A DNA stretch of 26,281 nt, from the NCBI GenBank assembly GCA_900319595.1, contig ONOZ01000016.1, forward strand, positions 1 to 26,281. The letters run 5' to 3'. How positions within the stretch are numbered: the stretch's first letter is position 1; every line of letters begins with the position of its first letter. The position numbers and the translations under genes are program-made. Origin of the DNA: an uncultured Bacteroidales bacterium. GTDB taxonomy: Bacteria; Bacteroidota; Bacteroidia; Bacteroidales; P3. Of this stretch, positions 17,427 through 25,057 are shown one piece after another. The notes beneath the pieces are model-generated. The model did no database searches, had not been told where the DNA came from, and worked only from the letters and a program-made list of their open reading frames with translations.

Positions 17427-20306
17427 TTATGATTTTTTCAATTCTTCTTTCAAAAACTCTCCAATAGAATTATGTTTATCTTTGACTGCTTGTTCAGGTG
17501 TTCCCGTAAATGCTATTATTCCGCCCTCATTACCAGATTTTTCGCCCATATCTATTAACCAATCGGCAACCTTGATTACATCTAAATTATGCTCTATTAT
17601 AATCATGGTATTACCTTTATCTACCAACTGCTGCAATGCACTAAGCAAAATTCTAATGTCCTCAAAATGCAATCCCGTTGTTGGCTCGTCTAAAATATAT
17701 AGGGTATTGCCTGTATCCTTGCGAGATAACTCAGTTGCAAGTTTAATCCTCTGAGCCTCACCTCCTGACAATGTTGTAGAAGGTTGTCCAAGCGTTATAT
17801 AACCAAGTCCCACCTGATTGACAATATGTAGTTTTTGAACTATTCTTGGTTGATTCTCAAAAAACTCCTCTGCATCTTGGAATGACATATTCAATATATC
17901 GTTGATGGACTTGCCTTTATATCTTACTTCTAACGTTTCTCTATTGTATCGTTTGCCATGACAATCATCGCAAGTTACATAAACATCAGGCAAAAAGTTC
18001 ATTTGCAAGGTTTGAACGCCTGCACCTAAGCATGTTTCGCAACGTCCTCCTTTTACATTGAAAGAAAATCTTCCTGTCTTGTAACCCCTAATCTTTGCAG
18101 TTGGCAGTTGAGCATAAAGATTCCTAATCTCGTCAAACACGCCTATGTAAGTAGCAGGATTACTTCGTGGAGTACGTCCTATGGGCGACTGATCAATCTC
18201 TATCACTTTGTCAATATTATCTACACCTTTGATAGCTTTGTACGGAAGTATCTTTTTCTCACTGCGATAAAAGTACTTAGACAAAATCGGATGCAAGGTA
18301 TCGTTGATAAGTGAGGATTTACCACTACCACTTACGCCAGTTACTACCGTCAATACACCAAGTGGTATTTTTAAATCTACATCTTTCAAATTATTTCCAC
18401 TTGCCCCGTAAAGCGTTAGACATTTACCGTTAGACTTTCTTCGTTTTGTCGGCACTGCTATTGATTTCCTGCCGCTAAGATAATCACATGTTACGCTCTT
18501 TTGAGTCAATAGTTCTTTAGGATTACCTATTGCCACAATTTTCCCCCCATTGACCCCGGCACCAGGTCCCATATCTACAACGAAATCGCTGTTTAGCATC
18601 ATATCTTTATCATGCTCTACAACAATTATGCTATTGCCTTTATCCCTTAGTGCTTTTAATGAATTGATTAGACGAATGTTATCCTTCTGATGCAATCCTA
18701 TTGACGGCTCATCAAGAATATATAAAACATTTACTAATTGCGAACCTATTTGTGTAGCTAAACGAATTCTCTGTGCCTCTCCTCCCGACAGTGAAGCCGT
18801 ACGTTGCCCCAATGATAAGTAACCTAAACCCACATCTACAAGAAAAGAAATCTTTGTTTTCAATTCTCTTATGATCTCTTTGGCAATATCTTGTTTTCTA
18901 ACGTCTAATTTGTTCATTAAAGTGTCGCACCAAACGGCCAAATCTTTAATATCAAGCCACGACAGTTCGGCAATATCCTTCTCATCTATCTTGAAACACA
19001 AACTTTCTGCTTTCAAACGTTTGCCTTTACACTCAGGACATTCTTTTTGTGAGAAAAAATTGTTCGCCCATTTCTGAATACTTGCAGGAGCCTCCTCACC
19101 AACAACCTCTTTTATAATATTGACTAATCCTCTAAACCTATCAGTATAATATGACGACAACTCATAATCTTTAGATAAAGAAGTTTTCTCTTCCTCGCCA
19201 TTTTCATTATCGTTCCTACTCGTTACCTGTCCGTACAGTATCTCATTCAAACATTGTTCAGGTACATTTTTCAATGGAGTGTTCGTACTAACCTTGTATT
19301 TTTTTAATATCTCCGCAATAGTTTTATACACAGAAGAATTTTTATCGGTAGTCATTGCAACTATTCCACCCTGAGAAAGACTCTTATTCGTATCAGGTAT
19401 CAGTTTCTTAATATCTACCTCTGTAATCTCTCCCAAGCCACTACATTTTTGACAAGCCCCATAAGGAGAATTGAATGAAAAGGTATTAGGTTCAGGGTCG
19501 GGATAAGAGATACCCGTTGTCGGACACATCAAATTCTTGCTAAAATATTTTATATCTCCCTTTTCGTTAGCAATCATAATGTTATTTTTGCCGTTGAGAA
19601 AGGCCGTTGCGATAGAGCGTTTTAATCGTTGATTGTTTTCTTGTTTTATAACAATGGTATCTATAACCGTTTCAATATCATGTATTTTATAGCGGTCTAA
19701 TTTCATACCAAAAGTAATTTCCTCTATTTTCCCGTCAACTCTTACCTTAGAAAATCCTTTTTTTGCTATTTGAGAAAATAGTTCTCTGTAATGTCCTTTT
19801 CGTCCTTTAACTATTGGGGCAAGAATTGTGATTGTTTGGTTGTAATATTCCCTATTAACCATCTCTAATATTTGATTTTCGGAATATTTTATCATTTTTT
19901 CACCCGTATTTAAAGAGTAAGCGTCTGCTATTCTTGCAAATAATAGTCGTAAAAGGTCATAAATCTCAGTTACTGTGCCAACAGTTGAGCGTGGATTCTT
20001 GTTTGTACTTTTCTGTTCTATGGCAATAACCGGTGAAAGTCCAGTAATCTTATCTACTTGCGGTCTCTCCATCGAACCGATGTAGTTACGAATATATGCA
20101 GAAAAGGTTTCCAAATAACGTCTTTGCCCCTCTGCATAGATCGTATCAAAGGCAAGCGAAGATTTCCCACAACCGCTTAATCCTGTTATAGTTACAAGAG
20201 AGTTTCGTGGAATTTTTAGACTGATATTTTGCAAATTATGAGCCTTTGCTCCAAATATCTCAATATTTGACTGGGTATCACAAAATTTATTATCTTTACT
20301 TGCCAT
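17427..20306 (-). CDS. uvrA: Excinuclease ABC subunit A
   Basis: Two ABC ATPase modules (GLSGCGKSSLAFDTIYAEGQRRY, LSGGEAQRIRLA, LDEPSIGLH; GVSGSGKSS, LSGGEAQRIKLA, LDEPTTGLH) and zinc-finger Cys pairs (CQKC, CPEC, CETC, CDDC). Confidence 0.97.
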   Translation of the reverse strand: MASKDNKFCDTQSNIEIFGAKAHNLQNISLKIPRNSLVTITGLSGCGKSSLAFDTIYAEGQRRYLETFSAYIRNYIGSMERPQVDKITGLSPVIAIEQKSTNKNPRSTVGTVTEIYDLLRLLFARIADAYSLNTGEKMIKYSENQILEMVNREYYNQTITILAPIVKGRKGHYRELFSQIAKKGFSKVRVDGKIEEITFGMKLDRYKIHDIETVIDTIVIKQENNQRLKRSIATAFLNGKNNIMIANEKGDIKYFSKNLMCPTTGISYPDPEPNTFSFNSPYGACQKCSGLGEITEVDIKKLIPDTNKSLSQGGIVAMTTDKNSSVYKTIAEILKKYKVSTNTPLKNVPEQCLNEILYGQVTSRNDNENGEEEKTSLSKDYELSSYYTDRFRGLVNIIKEVVGEEAPASIQKWANNFFSQKECPECKGKRLKAESLCFKIDEKDIAELSWLDIKDLAVWCDTLMNKLDVRKQDIAKEIIRELKTKISFLVDVGLGYLSLGQRTASLSGGEAQRIRLATQIGSQLVNVLYILDEPSIGLHQKDNIRLINSLKALRDKGNSIIVVEHDKDMMLNSDFVVDMGPGAGVNGGKIVAIGNPKELLTQKSVTCDYLSGRKSIAVPTKRRKSNGKCLTLYGASGNNLKDVDLKIPLGVLTVVTGVSGSGKSSLINDTLHPILSKYFYRSEKKILPYKAIKGVDNIDKVIEIDQSPIGRTPRSNPATYIGVFDEIRNLYAQLPTAKIRGYKTGRFSFNVKGGRCETCLGAGVQTLQMNFLPDVYVTCDDCHGKRYNRETLEVRYKGKSINDILNMSFQDAEEFFENQPRIVQKLHIVNQVGLGYITLGQPSTTLSGGEAQRIKLATELSRKDTGNTLYILDEPTTGLHFEDIRILLSALQQLVDKGNTMIIIEHNLDVIKVADWLIDMGEKSGNEGGIIAFTGTPEQAVKDKHNSIGEFLKEELKKS

Positions 20307-20328
20307 TGTTTATGTTAGATTTGGTGTG

Positions 20329-20361
20329 CAAAGGTACGAAAAAATATTAGACGAAGGCAAA
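20329..20361 (-). promoter_or_regulatory. uvrA promoter
   Basis: Minus strand TTTG (20358-20361), 21-nt spacer, TACCTTTG (20329-20336) followed by CAC. Confidence 0.7.
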
Positions 20362-20445
20362 AAAAATAATTTTAAATGGATTATACTTATTTATACCAGG
20401 ATTTTGAATATGACAACCAAATTGCAAAAATCATCAATTTTGAGT

Positions 20446-20477
20446 ATTGATGTGTAAACAATATTGATGTAATTTTG
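20446..20477 (+). promoter_or_regulatory. Promoter of the methyltransferase-like gene
   Basis: ATTG (20446-20449), 20-nt spacer, TAATTTTG (20470-20477) followed by CAAAA. Confidence 0.6.
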
Positions 20478-20518
20478 CAAAACATAGAATATATAATAAC
20501 TTAAAGATATTAAAAAAT

Positions 20519-21082
20519 ATGGAAACACTTCATTTTTTTACAACATTAAAATTTAGTTGGTTAAATTCTTGGATTCCAACGGTTTTTCTCCTAATTATCC
20601 AATTTATTTTTATGGGAATTTATAAGGAGGGAGGCAAACGTGCTGTGGATACGTCATGGTACGATAAAAAAGCAAAGAATTATGCTGTTTTTAATACAGT
20701 TATGCAATTTGTGGTGATAATTCTTGGATTTTTTGTGCCGTTCAAATGCTGTACATTTTGGTTTTGGATTGGTATGGTTATATATTTAATTGCTTTTGTC
20801 TGTTTTATTTGGTCGTTTTACTCGTATGGGACGGCAGATATGGGTAAAGTTATTACAAAGGGTATATATAAACATTCTCGTAACCCGATGTACGCAACTT
20901 TTAATCTTGGAATGATTGGAGTTTGTGTTGCAACGGCATCTTTATGGCTATTGATAGCGACCCTTGTTTTTGCTTGGGCGACACATTTAGTTGTTTTGTG
21001 CGAGGAGAAATACTGCGAAAAAACCTATGGCGAAAGTTATCTGAAATATAAGCAATCAGTTGCACGATATTTTGGTATTTGA
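20519..21082 (+). CDS. Isoprenylcysteine carboxyl methyltransferase / PEMT-family membrane protein
   Basis: Several TM segments with the family motifs VITKGIYKHSRNPMY and EEKYC..YGESYLKYKQSV.RY. Confidence 0.8.
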   Translation: METLHFFTTLKFSWLNSWIPTVFLLIIQFIFMGIYKEGGKRAVDTSWYDKKAKNYAVFNTVMQFVVIILGFFVPFKCCTFWFWIGMVIYLIAFVCFIWSFYSYGTADMGKVITKGIYKHSRNPMYATFNLGMIGVCVATASLWLLIATLVFAWATHLVVLCEEKYCEKTYGESYLKYKQSVARYFGI

Positions 21083-21163
21083 TAGGGTTTTCTTAGCTGA
21101 TATTATACCATAATTTCATATATATGTAATTTTCGTGGGTTGGCGGGAGTGTAGATAAAAGAT

Positions 21164-21194
21164 TTTGCCAATCCAAGGAAAATTTGTATATTTG
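21164..21194 (+). promoter_or_regulatory. xylA-xylE promoter
   Basis: TTTG (21164-21167), 19-nt spacer, TATATTTG (21187-21194) followed by CAAC. Confidence 0.7.
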
Positions 21195-21229
21195 CAACCT
21201 AAAAAGTAAAAAATAAAAATAGCATAGAT

Positions 21230-22546
21230 ATGACGAAAGAGTATTTTCCTCAGATTCAAAAAATAGAATACGAGGGCAAAGAGAGCAAGAATGTTCTTGC
21301 ATTCCATTATTATCAACCAGAAAAGGAAATAATGGGTAAGAAGATGAAAGATTGGCTACGTTTTGCTATGGCTTGGTGGCATACGTTAGGAGGAGCAAGT
21401 GGAGACCAGTTTGGTGGACAAACGCGTGCGTATGAGTGGGAGAAAGATTCCAATGTTATAGAGCGTGCTAAAGCAAAAATGGATGCTGGATTTGAAATAA
21501 TGCAAAAACTTGGTATAGAGTATTTTTGTTTTCATGACATTGACTTGATTGATGAAGCAGATACTATTGAAGAGTACCAACAGCGTATGGAACTTATCAC
21601 CGATTACGCTTTGGAAAAGATGAAACAAACGGGTATTAAGTTACTTTGGGGGACCGCTAACGTATTTGGGCACAAACGTTATATGAATGGTGCTGCTACC
21701 AACCCAGATTTTAATGTTGTTGCCCGCGCAAGTGTTCAGTTAAAGGCTGCTATTGATGCTACAATCAAACTTGGTGGAGAGAATTACGTATTTTGGGGAG
21801 GTAGAGAGGGATATTCTTCACTTTTGAATACAGACCAAAAACGCGAAAAGGAACATTTGGCTATGATGCTTACACTTGCAAGAGATTATGCAAGGAGTAA
21901 AGGTTTTAGAGGTACATTCTTAATTGAGCCTAAGCCGATGGAACCAACTAAACACCAATATGACGTGGATACAGAAACTGTTATTGGCTTTCTTAAAGCA
22001 CATGGTCTAGATAAGGACTTTAAAGTAAATATAGAGGTCAATCACGCAACACTTGCAGGGCATACATTTGAGCATGAATTAGCAGTTGCGGTTGATAACA
22101 ATATGCTTGGAAGTATTGATGCTAATAGAGGAGATGCCCAAAATGGATGGGATACAGACCAATTTCCTATTGATAATTTTGAATTGACACAAGCATTTAT
22201 GCAAATCATACGTAATGGGGGGCTTGGTACAGGAGGCTGTAATTTTGATGCAAAACTAAGGCGTAATTCTACCGATGCAGAAGATATTTTTATTGCTCAT
22301 ATTTCTGCTATGGACGCTTTGGCTCGTGCTTTGGAAAATGCTGCTGCTATTATGACAGAGAGTGAAATTCCTATGATGTTAAAGGAGCGTTATGCTTCAT
22401 TTGATAGTGGCAAAGGCAAAGAATTTGAAGATGGTAAATTAAGTTTAGAAGACCTTGTTGAATATGCAACAATTAGTGGCGAACCTAAACAAATTAGTGG
22501 CAAGCAGGAGAAGTTAGAAACCATAGTTACTTTGTATTGTAAGTAG
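21230..22546 (+). CDS. xylA: Xylose isomerase, class II
   Basis: WWHTL, FCFHDIDL, WGGREGY, IEPKPMEPTKHQYD, NIEVNHATLAGH, GWDTDQFP and NFDAK motifs. Catalytic and metal-binding residues appear intact. Confidence 0.97.
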   Translation: MTKEYFPQIQKIEYEGKESKNVLAFHYYQPEKEIMGKKMKDWLRFAMAWWHTLGGASGDQFGGQTRAYEWEKDSNVIERAKAKMDAGFEIMQKLGIEYFCFHDIDLIDEADTIEEYQQRMELITDYALEKMKQTGIKLLWGTANVFGHKRYMNGAATNPDFNVVARASVQLKAAIDATIKLGGENYVFWGGREGYSSLLNTDQKREKEHLAMMLTLARDYARSKGFRGTFLIEPKPMEPTKHQYDVDTETVIGFLKAHGLDKDFKVNIEVNHATLAGHTFEHELAVAVDNNMLGSIDANRGDAQNGWDTDQFPIDNFELTQAFMQIIRNGGLGTGGCNFDAKLRRNSTDAEDIFIAHISAMDALARALENAAAIMTESEIPMMLKERYASFDSGKGKEFEDGKLSLEDLVEYATISGEPKQISGKQEKLETIVTLYCK

Positions 22547-22553
22547 TTTTGTT

Positions 22554-24032
22554 ATGAAAGATTCAAATAATAATGGTAGCCGTTCATACCTTATATCAAT
22601 AGTATTAGTTGCAGTTTTAGGAGGGTTACTGTTTGGTTATGACACGGCTGTAATTAGCGGAGCAGAGAAGGGTCTGCAGGCATTCTTTTTAGGAGCGAAA
22701 GATTTTTCCTATACAGATTTTATGCACGGATTTACATGTAGTTCGGCATTGATTGGTTGTATTATTGGAAGTATTCTATCCGGTGTGATGACTACACGCT
22801 TAGGTAGAAAGAAATCTTTAATTGTGGCAGGAATATTGTTTTTTATTTCTGCCTTTGGAAGTATGAATCCAGAGTTTTTGCTATTTATGAAAGGCAATCC
22901 TACATTTTCTTTGCTAATTACATTTAATATTTATAGGATTATAGGAGGTATTGGAGTAGGGTTAGCATCTGCTATATGTCCTATGTATATTGGTGAAGTT
23001 GCACCAAGCAATATTCGTGGAATGTTGGTCTCTTGGAATCAATTTGCAATAATATTTGGGCAGTTGGTAGTGTATTTTGTAAATTTCTTAATACTAGGCG
23101 ACCACACAAACCCTGTTATTGAACAGATTGGCAAAGGAATGGCTGTAGTTTCACAAAGTAGCGATGCTTGGACAATATCTACAGGTTGGAGATATATGTT
23201 TGGTTCAGAGATGTTTCCTGCTGCATTGTTTGCTATACTGGTCTGTTTTGTACCAGAAACTCCGCGTTACTTGGTTATGATAAATAAGGATGCAAAGGCA
23301 CTATCTATTTTACAGAAGATAAACGGCATGGCAAAAGCATCGCAGATTCTTGATGAAATCAAACAAACTATAACTGTAAAAAAAGAAAAAATGTTCTCCT
23401 ATGGTTATTTGTGTATCTTCGTTGGTATAATGCTAAGTGTATTTCAGCAGGTTGTCGGCATAAATGCAGTCCTATATTATGCACCACGTATATTTGGTGA
23501 TATGGGTATGACTAATCCTATGGTAAATACTGTCGTTATGGGAGTTGTTAATATTGTTTTTACTTTGGTTGCAGTTTTTACTGTAGAGAAATTAGGCAGA
23601 AAGCCATTATTGATCGTTGGTAGTTTAGGAATGGCACTTGGTGCTTTTGGTGTTGCTTTGACCTTTGGCAATTCTTCGCTAAGTATTATTTGTATGTTAT
23701 CAATTATGCTATACAGTGCTTCATTTATGTTCTCATGGGGACCAATTTGTTGGGTATTGATAGCAGAAATTTTTCCAAACACTATTCGTTCTTCGGCAGT
23801 TGCGATAGCAGTGGCATTCCAATGGGTATTTAATTTCATAGTATCTTCAACCTTTGTGCCAATGTTTAATATGCATTTAACAAGTGGTGATGATTTTGGA
23901 CACTGGTTTACTTACGGATTGTATGGTTGTCTATGTGTTGTAGCAGCATTGTTTGTTTGGAAATTAGTGCCAGAAACGAAAGGTAAAACACTGGAAGATA
24001 TGACAAAACTTTGGAAAAAGAAATTGGGATAA
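22554..24032 (+). CDS. xylE: D-xylose:H+ symporter (MFS sugar porter)
   Basis: LLFGYDTAVISG, GRKKSL, MYIGEVAP..IRGMLVSWNQFAI, PETPRYL, QQVVGINAVLYYAP, SWGPICWVLIAEIFP and VPETKGKTLE motifs. Lies 7 nt downstream of xylA. Confidence 0.92.
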   Translation: MKDSNNNGSRSYLISIVLVAVLGGLLFGYDTAVISGAEKGLQAFFLGAKDFSYTDFMHGFTCSSALIGCIIGSILSGVMTTRLGRKKSLIVAGILFFISAFGSMNPEFLLFMKGNPTFSLLITFNIYRIIGGIGVGLASAICPMYIGEVAPSNIRGMLVSWNQFAIIFGQLVVYFVNFLILGDHTNPVIEQIGKGMAVVSQSSDAWTISTGWRYMFGSEMFPAALFAILVCFVPETPRYLVMINKDAKALSILQKINGMAKASQILDEIKQTITVKKEKMFSYGYLCIFVGIMLSVFQQVVGINAVLYYAPRIFGDMGMTNPMVNTVVMGVVNIVFTLVAVFTVEKLGRKPLLIVGSLGMALGAFGVALTFGNSSLSIICMLSIMLYSASFMFSWGPICWVLIAEIFPNTIRSSAVAIAVAFQWVFNFIVSSTFVPMFNMHLTSGDDFGHWFTYGLYGCLCVVAALFVWKLVPETKGKTLEDMTKLWKKKLG

Positions 24033-24060
24033 TTGCTTATTATTAAATTGTTTATATGTG

Positions 24061-24097
24061 ATAGGAGATAGAATTTACAAATAATTTTATCTCCTAT
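24061..24097 (+). terminator. Probable terminator or stabilising hairpin after xylE
   Basis: ATAGGAGATAGAATT (24061-24075) / AATTTTATCTCCTAT (24083-24097) form a 15-bp stem with one G:U and a 7-nt loop. The U tail is weak. Confidence 0.6.
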
Positions 24098-24129
24098 ATT
24101 GTAGGAAACAAAAATTTTTCGTAAATTTG
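24098..24129 (+). promoter_or_regulatory. Promoter of the HhH/ComEA-like gene
   Basis: ATTG (24098-24101), 20-nt spacer, TAAATTTG (24122-24129) followed by CAAAA. Confidence 0.6.
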
Positions 24130-24157
24130 CAAAAGATTGTGATAACGATACAAAGTA

Positions 24158-24895
24158 ATGGCAAAGAAGCGATTGCAATCCGAACATAAAATAGGCATAA
24201 CGGCAATAATCTGTCTTTTATTAGGTGGTTTGATAGCCTTTGTTTATATGTATTCGAATGGAAACAAGATAGTTATAATGCCAAACGCAGATAGCGAAGT
24301 TCATACCACAAGTCAAAAGGGTAAAAATAAGAAAGATACTATTGCAAATTATACAAAACCAAAGCGTTACAATATTTATAATTACTATTATCCTAAAACA
24401 AATGGGCAGTTTGTAAAAGACAAAGTTTATAGGGATACTTTACCTAAATTAGATAAAGAAAATTTTGTTAGGATAGAAAAGATAACGAATGATAATTTGA
24501 TTTTAGATTTGAATTTGTGTGATACATTGGATTTACAGATGATAAGAGGGATAGGACCTACGTTTGCAAGAAGGATTTGCAAGTATAGAGAAAAGTTAGG
24601 GGGCTACGTAAAAGTAGAACAACTGAGAGAAGTTTATGGAATTGATGAACAGAAATATCAAGCAATTAGAAAGTATTTTACAATAGGTGAGGAGCATATA
24701 AGGAAAGTAAATATAAATTCATTGAATATTAAGGAACTTATGACACATCCTTATATTGATAGGTTTTTGGCAAAAGAAATAATTGTGTTTCATCAAAATT
24801 ATGGAGCCTATAGTGATGTAAATCAATTGAAAGCAGTACATTTGATGAGCGATTCTTTGTTTGATAAATTAGTGCCATACTTGAGGCTGGAATAA
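24158..24895 (+). CDS. Membrane-anchored helix-hairpin-helix DNA-binding protein (ComEA-like, two HhH modules)
   Basis: N-terminal TM (IGITAIICLLLGGLIAFVYMY), then LDLNLCDTLDLQMIRGIGPTFARRICKYREKLGGY..VEQLREVYGID and a second module VNINSLNIKELMTHPYI..GAY..VNQL. Confidence 0.82.
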   Translation: MAKKRLQSEHKIGITAIICLLLGGLIAFVYMYSNGNKIVIMPNADSEVHTTSQKGKNKKDTIANYTKPKRYNIYNYYYPKTNGQFVKDKVYRDTLPKLDKENFVRIEKITNDNLILDLNLCDTLDLQMIRGIGPTFARRICKYREKLGGYVKVEQLREVYGIDEQKYQAIRKYFTIGEEHIRKVNINSLNIKELMTHPYIDRFLAKEIIVFHQNYGAYSDVNQLKAVHLMSDSLFDKLVPYLRLE

Positions 24896-24974
24896 AGTTC
24901 TTTGAATTGTAAAAAAATAGATAAAATTCTAACAAAATATGATATTTGTAAAGTGCATAATTACAATAAATTAC

Positions 24975-25039
24975 TAATCACCGAGAAAAATTTCTTAAAA
25001 TGAGTGATTAGTAAATTTTTTTCGGTGATTATTTTTTTT
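24975..25039. terminator. Terminator hairpin between the convergent HhH and TonB-dependent receptor genes
   Basis: TAATCACCGAGAAAAATTT (24975-24993) / AAATTTTTTTCGGTGATTA (25013-25031) form a 19-bp stem with one G:U, followed by T8 (25032-25039). Confidence 0.75.
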
Positions 25040-25057
25040 AATTGCGATTTGTTTGAA

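Noticed and set aside
19500-19540. UvrA first zinc site reads CPTTG instead of CxxC
   Set aside because: As I recall this is a common Bacteroidota UvrA variant, not a sign of inactivation.
20359-20366. A8 tract in the uvrA promoter as a phase-variation site
   Set aside because: It is short and extends upstream from the -33 box, so length changes would not alter the -33/-7 spacing.
20307-20400. SOS/LexA-type box upstream of uvrA
   Set aside because: I could not find a convincing palindromic operator in this segment.
21093-21316. Two small minus-strand ORFs between the methyltransferase gene and xylA
   Set aside because: They overlap the xylA promoter and 5' end on the opposite strand, with no motifs.
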